From positions 31,011-95,010 of the IMG/VR virus record IMGVR_UViG_2931680285_000001: a DNA stretch of 64,000 nucleotides; one strand, 5' to 3'. The notes beneath the pieces are model-generated. The model had not been told where the DNA came from. It made no database searches and was given only the letters and a program-made list of their open reading frames with translations. Below, piece by piece: positions 22,301 through 28,354 of the stretch. Positions within the stretch are counted from its first letter, which is position 1; each line of letters starts with the position of its first letter. The position numbers and the translations under genes are program-made. The stretch is from a virus (Duplodnaviria > Caudoviricetes).

Positions 22301-25300
22301 ATGGCGTGTTCCAGGTGTGGATGGATGGCCGCAAGATCGGCCACGTCCGCCTCGTCGGCGGGAGCGCGGCCAAGGATTCCACCTGGGACAGCAGCCCCTC
22401 TCTCGTCCTTGGTGACGGTGGCATCACCCGTGCCGCGTCGAGGGACTTGGCCGTCGCTGCGCTCGTCGTGCGGGCTCTGCGTACTCCGGTCAGCGCTACC
22501 GACCCGAACGGGGACATCTGGGCGACCGTCAGGATGGATCTCGCCGGGCACTATCCGGAGCTTCCGGAGCTGCCCGCGCGGCTGGCCAAGGACCCGGCAG
22601 TGCGGGAGCGTTACGAGGGGATCGTCCAGCTCGTCGCGAACTTCCGCACCAGCGAGTTGGTCAGCGGCGACCTGCGCCAGGACATCGACCACGCCAAGGG
22701 CGAGTTCGAATGGCTGAGGGACGTCTTGTCCACGCTTCCGGCCAAGCAGCAGAACCGTGACGTGCTCAGGGATCTGGACCGGCGCGTTCTCCTGGCTTCA
22801 TGGCTCCGTGAGAGTCTGCCTCCCGAGGACCGCGATGAGGCGGGCCGCGCGCCCGACGGCCCCGGGGAGCCGGGCACCTCCCCGAGTAGCACGGACTTCC
22901 CCGGAGAGACTACGGGCACTTCGCCGACGGACTCTGACGCCCCTGCCGGCGACATCGGCGAGCAGCGCCACCCGTCCGCTGACAGGACAGGTCGCAGCCG
23001 TCCCGAAGCGGAGCAGGGAACCACGCCCGAAGCGGCGCGCGAGGAGAGCGGTCAGGACGCGCGTGCCCGCCAGGACGACGAGGCCGAGGATAGGACGGGG
23101 GGCTCGGAAGCGAAGCCCGCCGCCGATCCCGTGTCGAAGCCTGACGAGACCGAGGACCCGGGGGCCCGGCCCGAGCCGAGCGTCGAGCCGGAGCCGGTCG
23201 GTGGTCAGCCCGCTCATTGGGCCAGCATCGACCACCTGGCCCCAGGCGACATGGCTCGTATCGACGGGACCACCCGGCGCGGTCGTGCCACCACGCTCGC
23301 CGGGTACGTGCTCGACTATCCGGAGCGGGTCACTGTGACCCGCCGGGGCCGCACCGAGGAGATGTGGCGCATCCGGATCGGCGAGTCCCCGGACAGCCTT
23401 TCCGGCTCCCGCAGTACCGTCTACACGCCGCTCACTGCCACGGCTGCCCGCGCCGAGGCGCCCGAGTCGTCCGCGCCGGGTACCCCAGTGAGCGGCGCCC
23501 AGGGCGAGGTCGCCAGCGGCGATCTTCCGGACCGTATCGCCACCGACTCCACCGGGGCGGGTCTCTTCCCCGGCAGCCACGTAACCGGCGCCGATGGACG
23601 CGACGGCACGGTCACGGGCGTCACCGATACCACCGCCAATGTCCGGTGGTCTGACGGCGACACCGATACGGGCGTCGCACCGGCGTCCCTGACCGCTGAC
23701 GACGCGGACGACCGCCGCCCCGCCGGTTGGACCTCTACCGGCCAGCGGATTCGTCCGGGTCACCTCGTCGCTGACGACGGCGCGCTCCTCGGCCCCGTGG
23801 ACGAGGCCGACGGAGATCGCATCACGGTCACCACCGCTGACGGCACGGTCACCCGCGATGCCTCGCGCCTGAGCGTGGTCGGCGAAGTCCGCGACGAGAC
23901 CCCGCAAGAGGCGCCGGTCACAAGCGTCACCCCGCACACGGCTGGGGACACCTCCAAGGGCGACGTCATCGTCCTCGACCTCGACGGCTCCCTGATCACG
24001 GTGGAAGTCCGGGACGCGGACCGGGACGGCGACCGGGTCACCCTCGACTACGTCGACATCGCGACGGGCGAGCTCGGCGGTATCGAGATGGACGCCGCCA
24101 CCGTCATCTCGAAGGCCGAAGGCCCCGACGGCAGCACCCCGGCATTCAGCAACACCGTGCCGGAGGCCGAGGGCGACTTGACCGTGCACGAGCCGCCCGC
24201 CGTCCTCGACCCCGTCGCCGGTCCGACCGTCGATCCGGACCTCACGCCGGCAGACCGAGACGTGATCGCCGACCACGGCTCCGCGCCGGAGGACGACCCC
24301 GACGCGCAGCAGGCCGTCGCCCGTATCGGGGCCGATCTGCCTGTGACGGACACCCAGGCCAGCGCGCTTGCCGCCCAGCTCCGGGCCAACGGCAACCCCG
24401 CTACCCGAGACGGACGGGCGGCGCTGCGCGCCGCTGACCACCTGGACCCGGACAACGCTCCGGAAGGACTCGACCGTCCCCGGCCGTCCACCGCCGCCCA
24501 GGTCGGCGAAGGCGACGTCATCGCAATACCCGACGAGCGTCGCGACAACGAGGTCCGCACCTACCGCGTCCTCGACGTCGAGGAGGCTCCCGGCGGCATG
24601 CGGAGTCTCTTGCTGGAGGACGAGGACCGGCAGTGGAAGCGTCGCATGGTCCCCGCCAGCATGCCCGTGTGGCAGTTGCCGGAGCCCACCCGCGCCGACG
24701 ACAGCACCACCCCGGCCGCTACAGCACCGGAGACCCCTGCTCCGCGCGAGCCGAACCCCCCGCTGGCGTCTGTACGCCGCCAGATCATCGCCGAGCACGG
24801 CCGCATGATGGCCCTCCGCATCGTCGACGAGGCGGTGGCCGGCACGGAGCAGCCCGGGAGCGTCCACGCACTGCGCGAGCAGATCTCGCTTCGGCTCACG
24901 CCGGACGCTCTTCGCGATGCCCGCGAGCAGGCCCGCCGAGAAGCCGGCGCCGCGCTGGACGCCGCCGGGATCACGGGCCGGGACCGAGTTTCAGCTCAGC
25001 AGGCCCTTCGCCGTGCGCGGGACAAGGCTCACGACCGGACCGTCCGCGCCGCGCTCCGCACCATCAACGATCTCGAACCCCTCCCCGGTGAGCCTGACGA
25101 GGACCTGGCGCAGCGGGTCGCAGGTCTCCTCCGCCTCATCCCCGTCCCCGACGAGCCCGCGCCCGTCCGGCGCCGCAGCGCCCCGTCCGCGCCCGGCACC
25201 CGCGCCCAGGGCGGTGGGTCTTCGGAGGCGACGGGGCACGCCGATGACGCCGTGACGTCGCTGCTCCAGCACCTTCAGGACGGCGGCGTTGATCCGGCAG

Positions 25301-26646
25301 ACCTCGATGCGCTGGCCGCATACCTGGCGCGTCAGCTCGACAACGGCAGGCAGGGGACGGCAGAGCGGATCGTCCGCCGTGCCGCGCCGGATGCCTCGAA
25401 GCAGCCAGGACTCCTCGCCCGGGCCATGGGACTGCTCTGGCGCCTGGGCCGTCGGCTCGTCGAGCTGGTGAAGGCCGCGGCCCGGAAGATCGCCGAGCTG
25501 TGGCGCAGCAGCCGTGACCGTTTGTCCCGTCTTCGGGCCTTCCTGAACCGCATGGTGACCCGTGTACGGGACTGGCCCGAGTCCCGGCGTCTGGCCCGCC
25601 TCCATGCCGCGCTGGATCTGCCGGACGTCGAGGGTGACTCGCTGGCCTCCCGCGTGTTCCAGTGGGCCAACTTGCTTCCGGAACCCGGTCAGTTCGGCCG
25701 TAGGGAGCGCAGTGCGTCGTGGTGGAAGCCGACCACGTGGGCGCAGCTTGCCGCTGGTCGGCTGCCCGGCCGTGCCACCGGCCGCCGCTCCGCGCCCGAC
25801 CGGGCTTCCGACAACGGGCCGGGACTCGCCGCCCTGCGGCACCTCGCGGCCGTACGTGCTGCTGGCGCGGACGTCGACCGGGACGTGACCCGCCGCCTGT
25901 CCACCCTGCTGGGCGACGACTTCGGCGACGACCCGCACAGCACGCTCCAGCACGCGGACGACTACCTGACGGCCGCGGAGCACCGTCTGCTCAACCTTCA
26001 GGCGGCCCGGACCACGGCGCTGGACCCCGACGTCGAGGTAGAGATCGCTGCCGCGCGGATGGAGGTCGCCACCGCACGGCGCGAGTGGGAGGACCTGCGG
26101 CGCCAGTACGCCGCAGCGGTTCCCGAAGCGGTCGCCGGGGCGTTGGCCGGCATACGGGACCTCGGCCCTGAGGGCACGGCGGGGTTCGTGTTCGGTCCCG
26201 ACACCGTTCCTGATGCCGAGCGCGCCGTCCGCAGGGTGCAGCGGCTTCTTCCTCGGGACTGGCTGAGCAATCCGGGTGTGCGACGTCTGACCGCGACCAG
26301 CGGAGACGGCGGCCAGTACGAGCCCGGCGTCGGCCGCGCCACGGTCGCTGACCTCGGAGACGAAGGCAACGGCACGGCCGCTCACGCTCTGGGACAGCAC
26401 CTGGTCGCGCACATCCCGGACCTGGAAATGGCGGCGCAGATGTACTGGTTCACGCGGACGCACTCGGGCCGCCCCGGTGCCCGCGTCCGCAACGCCTCGG
26501 GGCTCAGCCGTCTCCTGGCCGAGCAGCAGACGCAGAGGACCACGGGTGACACCATCGCTCGCTCGATGCAGGCCATGTTCACCGGGGACTGGTACGAGGA
26601 CGACGACTTGAGGGCGTTCCTCCTTGGCCTGCTGGCCACCCGATAG
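10336..26646 (+). CDS. Giant (5436 aa) polyvalent DarB-like protein: N6-adenine DNA methyltransferase + SNF2-type helicase with long N- and C-terminal extensions
   Basis: MTase motifs VLEAGSGSG (~14932) and IGNVPF (~15115); helicase motifs HEVGLGKT (~16993), VDEAH (~17494), ATGTP, EQRNGRILRYGN; N-terminal WNSALHPRDSKGRF. Confidence 0.85.
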   Translation: MLMRTAPTDLSRTLEAKSVRRPWNSALHPRDSKGRFIETGGIARLWSGNLARVVRALPRDRVLVQDRASDGTYTGRRHSTSAKWITMVARPDGSAPTANQKKVEQEDARRGADDRRGLGLSRDDHGDPDTPDEPHDVDDEGNAIGDDEGDAPEDDDQDEPEDGTHDVDTDTLPNRQALPGSRFTDTAAVRRHFLELAEQPGTNSAALRRLAGDEDLQITPTGGLVTTRDDANGRWYLTATGTGGYLDVGDFSSRSEAEAAADSIHENVRNGHIMPGEFNQPIDFSDPKIGTWLQDWRSTKGEGAEQAIRRAVSDFRASRHKEGSASRPKPVRQAAQPRGRFTTLQQARDNWARRAADLRASGSEQDRAAARALDELIKEPRLKLVGDGQFVTHRVDGDWYLHATGTGQQMGWWFDKQADAKGFADHIVGTLKGKDGKPLDFSDPAFADYRGTWRSDKGRDYHQEWTAARALWDQEHPPKHSIATDRLAETLRRPPFGDQPTPDDKDEQSAPPSPAPGNDSENDVPGTDSGQSEPGPAGEQPEPEQAPDPEEAPEESDDRPAGVPADAEPVDGVPGYWATSWNPGPVTVYGPDGSRIASVEGGYSDRHATVDGVRLPIGGHLTIADQIIARHHLATTDPSQADRVHLAWTMHKTKRVVAVRGTVKDDPTDDRAVNAAGKLAWSPVQSARITGTQWKPETRDRKAADILAAFVRQGRNVRFTDETTRKSDAPEPSQPLDEEDKKLRVMSETDLREHRTNLQFHAQTARSPRSKQQALNSVRKVEAELERRRAVAEDGEQKTPQERAAALSDVDLAQAISNSERERGTYGSRRGDKLNDDERALYADRRRRSTERISRVAAPQDLDDDALTSYIQDLDRLKRAHDPGGSTHEEDDLAPERDLWDDVSSRLDDALKEQSERQLRQIEQRPPVQDLDDEALEAEAARLPVRLPKLDEEQNKILSARRRAVYEERQNRKAGVYRRRPEPSGLEDGDLVKEFRELQKNRNLTSGAEREALEERRRAIFDEQNRRGAKGHEETVRRAETREDPLNAHYNISVRVDGNSYGEVSYHETGSTWAGGPKAGWNAKTDRYGGGLGSFPSMVEALAALVENYDTDPNTEPVRLYGRTHQVWVPKMFFELYQSSRRADSFPSATKERQTLYGRFKGHGYGWSDRTNPITGKIGKGAVLEIPEGLLAEFQRVTEELSREMMLRSTDRELDSSDRSKARTRLAAINAALHGIDAARTNVRKDGGDDDRKVISAKEIEAQQAALRAALSTDERAEDEHLQPGGQGPLDEASAQGTGADGRPGEVLPEQGQGDRDGDSGGRGGAGEDRAGGDGVRAAGGSAQADQGDRDRDGAAGPAAGARAGDRGAADPHAGDAGSAGDEGRGVRHVGRFRPDPADAATRGPVQRAAANVEAIRVLKRLEQENRPATEQEKRTLARWSGWGSVPIMFASEPNEKEPRYQQGGARFGKFTQDHARWAEYTDLRAMLSNELTPLEWQQARRGTLSMHYTPQGIAEAMWDGLKALGFERGDVLEAGSGSGTFFGVSPQDARLTGVELDPTTARIAKAIYPDVNVLNENFAETDAPAGTFDASIGNVPFAAVPFGDKRYPSESLHNGFVTKELALTRPGGVTLLITSRHTLDSKGDKARKQIAKYGDLIGAVRLPSGVFSDAGTSVVADVLVLRRRADGQEPGDTSWLNAPERKVGDTREHVNAYFAQHPEHILGDLTTESSPYGPRLTVKGDPGKAADQLRDALRDIAEKAKEDGRGYEPHPDGDDRLPIHLQTAREKHANDWTGRLYEGDDGQLYQHVNGGNPVVVEPSDGQADQLRALMQLRDVAAELRVLDRKREEDERAEKLRAQLRDLHTSYVQQYGPLSKPGQFRSMKTGVREDGTEERTPTAWGYFRSDPDAGSVLALERWDADKQEPVLSRVFTERAAARRQPLDQTDDPKTALSAVVAATGEVDLGEIARLLNTDPQDALRALGTEVFTDPVTGRLELAGAYLSGPVRDKLADARRAAERDPAFQVNVAALEAVQPTDRTIGEFTPEMGAHWTPPELLQGFLREYLGDKTLRVAHDDRYGWMLYTGQVPKANNVLHGVAANEEKGTKGKGAVDIARAILGHGSLTIYRDDKRRDVDEETSRLVRQKADQMRSEFAKYATANADRLTRLTNSYNTIMNGHVVRSYDGMSPSLDGFTPDRDPHPWQLSGAARMQFERSVILAHEVGLGKTSTLVMGTQALKGSGQIEKPFAVVPDHLAQQWYDEARYLYPNAEIHLITSADLADGRRDSTLEWLRANKPDLVIFTEPAFGSIKMSPEAQEEYEFRELEALREQLDRQYEDATNPNHPFIVAKIEQRIATVQNKISKNAAPMRTPGATYWDDLGFDYAVVDEAHRYKGVGFRSREGGGDPASIRGVDLHQKLTDLHRRRAGRATVTLATGTPLSNSITEQYTMLALAAPWVLDSYKAGAPDLWAATFGRKTLRVENAPDGSGLRVVERFSEFHNRRAMKTMWGLVADTKRADDVGIPRPKIRGGQPNLVMVDPTKDQTARLKKLVARGRAIHNGEVDRSQDNMLAVSNEGTSVALDPRLVDAKAPAGKKLAAVAARHVERYHQHKDRVYKTHYGSTEDHPVPGALQMIFLNEGVPGGNNRGDFDAYAELKRLMVQGGIPADKIAFVQDAKKSGKPEHLAELFRRARDGEVSVLIGSSSVAGTGMNAQNRMVSLTHVDLDWGAAQMEQRNGRILRYGNQNDEVEVDIFATKGSLDGWKAGFVASKAEGLVDIQRPEMADSDTRDTVTELDVDYPDYETMEAEIGGNPYMSQLMKARRQLRDLEIDQHNEAAERVRRAEALAELEQETADTRAGITRREAALPRIRDVRGTFSMAIGGMPYTERADAAAALHRQVTTQLLDHAHEGVSPWKTVGQLGGLDVAVRTERRADGKLVAHVGFPDLARSSFERTPDDLKKRGAGSGMITRLANALEKAPALQEADRRRLPELDEQIALLQSAQTAADLTPQIEHARARANLLDDIVGRIADLDKLPEIDEDDLDKKLTETQRRKIVEERRTARVPLQGAVGAAVLTLEEFDKKFPEPERPERPRDRGQEQVRLPADEVAQVLDAIRPEEGGAGEKPTAPGDSDEESPQPLAEDLSEESQTAAGSGLIAGRFQFDEPVTDLDGQGWYVGSENDDGTVNVSNGPSSETFRPEELTSARQDAPSAPNVPEIAPEGPDDTVTLDRDDVEQQLEALRPAGDRAPSSMSEQEITDEIVSLMEREMLEGELTGADRTRMAVLEAENDRRAGRAPKAEPKKPTPDPVDDGGLFDVAAPAPQEPAAADPDNPLDQPDDLYGTPDMFADHEGRDTSRLRPVQMRSPENLSEGDRYTDADGRTHTVAEPPKRTGRGRVRIVTEGGEEHFYSRDAELRLRYPDEEIDDDAQDSNSRDASDEPAADDAQGGAPNSDESDESDESDEDERQGHRRRDGDPDGAAPADAPAGGSGGPSQPDVDQDEEDDSKNEEDGADSAENNEEDDERRRRRRRGNRRSDGRGPNGPGLPGLPGIPHLPDVDSRAPEDGGTASEGPSPRRAPRDVQGLRAAWRRGEGLIAEENTPERRAFLAQLADNPTLSLSSGGGIATWTDDTAPDGMRRWHFAQARNGGRFGGITLTARTADEARDLADLFEIITSAGGQQIDWHQPLTTSAVAGWSDRDGRTLPEALRHLRDLYQDGDEQEAGLVKPLITLPEDLTDWTDEDLADAWGAGLSPADQQRVTAEMDRRDDADQRVRDALPETPAADADEVRRRGEAMDAALGFSGADATRRPLTREERMQQEFADWDEARYQAAIEATNGYFYSKNSRRLPRVNERDLFSGGSLSRFGRWREYASEELIDWYDANGGRVTYNAFKAQRRAHEKIEREQYEEQRRNASPIPETSPASSSPSPAEGPRASDADTSSQIDVDDISLASASPGRESEEEGAARFGGPEQVRAFVERAQIREGGGDGVFQVWMDGRKIGHVRLVGGSAAKDSTWDSSPSLVLGDGGITRAASRDLAVAALVVRALRTPVSATDPNGDIWATVRMDLAGHYPELPELPARLAKDPAVRERYEGIVQLVANFRTSELVSGDLRQDIDHAKGEFEWLRDVLSTLPAKQQNRDVLRDLDRRVLLASWLRESLPPEDRDEAGRAPDGPGEPGTSPSSTDFPGETTGTSPTDSDAPAGDIGEQRHPSADRTGRSRPEAEQGTTPEAAREESGQDARARQDDEAEDRTGGSEAKPAADPVSKPDETEDPGARPEPSVEPEPVGGQPAHWASIDHLAPGDMARIDGTTRRGRATTLAGYVLDYPERVTVTRRGRTEEMWRIRIGESPDSLSGSRSTVYTPLTATAARAEAPESSAPGTPVSGAQGEVASGDLPDRIATDSTGAGLFPGSHVTGADGRDGTVTGVTDTTANVRWSDGDTDTGVAPASLTADDADDRRPAGWTSTGQRIRPGHLVADDGALLGPVDEADGDRITVTTADGTVTRDASRLSVVGEVRDETPQEAPVTSVTPHTAGDTSKGDVIVLDLDGSLITVEVRDADRDGDRVTLDYVDIATGELGGIEMDAATVISKAEGPDGSTPAFSNTVPEAEGDLTVHEPPAVLDPVAGPTVDPDLTPADRDVIADHGSAPEDDPDAQQAVARIGADLPVTDTQASALAAQLRANGNPATRDGRAALRAADHLDPDNAPEGLDRPRPSTAAQVGEGDVIAIPDERRDNEVRTYRVLDVEEAPGGMRSLLLEDEDRQWKRRMVPASMPVWQLPEPTRADDSTTPAATAPETPAPREPNPPLASVRRQIIAEHGRMMALRIVDEAVAGTEQPGSVHALREQISLRLTPDALRDAREQARREAGAALDAAGITGRDRVSAQQALRRARDKAHDRTVRAALRTINDLEPLPGEPDEDLAQRVAGLLRLIPVPDEPAPVRRRSAPSAPGTRAQGGGSSEATGHADDAVTSLLQHLQDGGVDPADLDALAAYLARQLDNGRQGTAERIVRRAAPDASKQPGLLARAMGLLWRLGRRLVELVKAAARKIAELWRSSRDRLSRLRAFLNRMVTRVRDWPESRRLARLHAALDLPDVEGDSLASRVFQWANLLPEPGQFGRRERSASWWKPTTWAQLAAGRLPGRATGRRSAPDRASDNGPGLAALRHLAAVRAAGADVDRDVTRRLSTLLGDDFGDDPHSTLQHADDYLTAAEHRLLNLQAARTTALDPDVEVEIAAARMEVATARREWEDLRRQYAAAVPEAVAGALAGIRDLGPEGTAGFVFGPDTVPDAERAVRRVQRLLPRDWLSNPGVRRLTATSGDGGQYEPGVGRATVADLGDEGNGTAAHALGQHLVAHIPDLEMAAQMYWFTRTHSGRPGARVRNASGLSRLLAEQQTQRTTGDTIARSMQAMFTGDWYEDDDLRAFLLGLLATR
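14171..14506 (+). CDS. Nested out-of-frame gene (111 aa, TnpV-like helical protein) inside the giant ORF
   Basis: +1 frame has near-uniform G/C third positions and reads MSIYSQVARDHWTKHLPRELAQMADPEKFF...YEQRAGQLRQIRATATEMVLRDLL; the host frame here is a G/R/A/D-rich linker. Confidence 0.65.
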   Translation: MSIYSQVARDHWTKHLPRELAQMADPEKFFLSKGREIETAILVAEEALEKTVPAATEYEQRAGQLRQIRATATEMVLRDLLPEPEPETEELPTLTPEMRDLLAMKDEVYDM

Positions 26647-26657
26647 AAGGGGTAACG

Positions 26658-26891
26658 ATGTTGGTCACTGGTCGCTTTGATGATGGTTCCGCCTATCAGG
26701 TGCGGGTCACCGGAGACGCGGAGCGGCCGGTGATCGGCTCCGTGCGTGCGGCTGCGCTCGTCGAACTGCACGCGGGCAAGCCGATCCTGCTCACGCCCAC
26801 CGGGCCCCAGCGCACCGTCGCCGGGAACGACGTCCAGTCGGTGCGCGCCGTGCTCGGGCGGCACACCACCGTGCTCGACTCCGCGCCGTAA
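26658..26891 (+). CDS. hypothetical protein
   Basis: AAGGGG RBS directly after giant gene. Confidence 0.6.
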   Translation: MLVTGRFDDGSAYQVRVTGDAERPVIGSVRAAALVELHAGKPILLTPTGPQRTVAGNDVQSVRAVLGRHTTVLDSAP

Positions 26892-26908
26892 GGAGGTCCC
26901 TGGTGAGC

Positions 26909-26940
26909 GCAGGACACTAGGGGGCGGCCGTCCTCACCCT
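26909..26940 (+). promoter_or_regulatory. bipartite promoter-like motif copy (variant)
   Basis: GCAGGACACTAG-N14-CACCCT, GTG 7 nt later. Confidence 0.6.
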
Positions 26941-26947
26941 GCCCGGC

Positions 26948-27529
26948 GTGATCAGATACGGATTCGCGATCAAGGCGCTCCCAAAAAGCGGCAAGCCGTT
27001 CGGCGACGAGGAGGACCAGGACGACACCCCTGAGCTGGAAAACGGCCCGCTTCCCGAGGACGGCGCGCCAGCGTCAGCCGGGGCCGCCGTGTCCGAGCCG
27101 AATGCTTCGTCATCGGGTGTGGAGGGCGACACAGAGGCAGCCGAGGAGCCGCCGCTCGACGAGACCGGACCCGAGCCGGACGATCGCTCCTCGTCGACGG
27201 ACGGTGATGCCGCAGCCGGTCCCGAGAGCGACGCGCGCCCCTGGTCGGGCGATCCGTACGATGAAGGCGACGAGACGGACCCCGCCGATGCCTTCGCCGC
27301 GTACAAGGGCCCAGGCGGCGAGGAGGCATGGCTCGATCAGGCTCCGGACGGCACACTGACGGGGTGGGTCAGGGATGAGACTGGCCAGGTGTGGCGGTAC
27401 ACAGATCCGAGCGTGTGGGCCATCGACGTCGACGACGCCCCGATGACCCGCACCCACAGTCAGGCCACCGCCGGGCCGCCGCCGGACGAGCACGGCGGCC
27501 AAGACCCCCTGTTCCCGCCGACGCGATAG
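26948..27529 (+). CDS. acidic hypothetical protein
   Basis: acidic disordered N-half, Trp-rich C-terminal domain. Confidence 0.6.
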   Translation: MIRYGFAIKALPKSGKPFGDEEDQDDTPELENGPLPEDGAPASAGAAVSEPNASSSGVEGDTEAAEEPPLDETGPEPDDRSSSTDGDAAAGPESDARPWSGDPYDEGDETDPADAFAAYKGPGGEEAWLDQAPDGTLTGWVRDETGQVWRYTDPSVWAIDVDDAPMTRTHSQATAGPPPDEHGGQDPLFPPTR

Positions 27530-27541
27530 GAGCCCTCAGCA

Positions 27542-27754
27542 GTGCAGCTCAACCGCCAGACCGCCTGGAAGCTGATGCAGGAGGGGAAGGACGCGTTCGC
27601 GCAGGGAGACCCGGGCGACGCCTGTCCCTACGACGCCCGCAGCGCCGACGCCGAGCAGCAGTTCGGCGCCTGGTACTGGAGCCGCGGATGGTCCGATGCT
27701 CGCACTGCCGCCGAAGCCGCCGTCCCGGAGTCAGACGTCGAAGTGGCTCGGTAG
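27542..27754 (+). CDS. Rmf/CrpP-fold small protein
   Basis: EGKDAFAQG...CPY...WSRGW pattern; AGGAG RBS. Confidence 0.6.
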   Translation: MQLNRQTAWKLMQEGKDAFAQGDPGDACPYDARSADAEQQFGAWYWSRGWSDARTAAEAAVPESDVEVAR

Positions 27755-27760
27755 AAGGGC

Positions 27761-28105
27761 TCACGCAGCCGGGGAGTGCCCGGCCGCCATGAACCCCTTC
27801 CCGTCGGGCGCCCGCCGCAAAAGACCGCTCTCCTCCAGGCGCAGCACGCACACCGCCAGGCTCATCGCCTCCCGCACCGTGCCGATCAGCAGGAGCTCGC
27901 CGATCTCCTGCAGACGGGCAGGCGCGCCGGGCACGGTCCCGAGCATGCGCTTCACATCCTCGGTGTACGTGTACGAGGCGTTGATCTCGTGCTCCGTGAG
28001 CATGTCCTGCCAGTGGAAGCCGTCTTCGGCGGGCTCCTGGCTGCTGAGCTCGTCCCAGTCGCTGGGCTCGGGGGCGGTGTCGAGGCGGAGCATGTGCAAG
28101 CTCAT
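27761..28105 (-). CDS. hypothetical acidic protein (antisense moron)
   Basis: GAAAGG RBS before ATG 28105; GC3-biased codons. Confidence 0.6.
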   Translation of the reverse strand: MSLHMLRLDTAPEPSDWDELSSQEPAEDGFHWQDMLTEHEINASYTYTEDVKRMLGTVPGAPARLQEIGELLLIGTVREAMSLAVCVLRLEESGLLRRAPDGKGFMAAGHSPAA

Positions 28106-28282
28106 GGTCGGGGTGGCCTTTCGGGTACGGGCGGACGGGTGCACACCATCGGAGCCGGTGCTTCTCGCACCGGGCTCGGGCGTGTCCAGTTGTTGCGATC
28201 CTCGGCCCGTACAGGCCGCCACTGCGGGGCTCGCCCCGCTGCGCACAGCCTAGTACGCGCAGGCCCGCGACGGCGGCGCACC

Positions 28283-28314
28283 GCAGGACAGTAACCAGGC
28301 CGGCACTGCACGGT
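28283..28314 (+). promoter_or_regulatory. bipartite promoter-like motif copy (variant)
   Basis: GCAGGACAGTAA-N14-CACGGT upstream of protease. Confidence 0.55.
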
Positions 28315-28354
28315 CCGCGGCGGCCATTCGTCCAGCCGCCGAAGGAACACCACT

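Noticed and set aside
14359-22692. 2777-aa minus-strand ORF (also 10306-13710, 22798-24867)
   Set aside because: Antisense shadow of the high-GC3 giant gene; V/G/L/A-rich with no motifs
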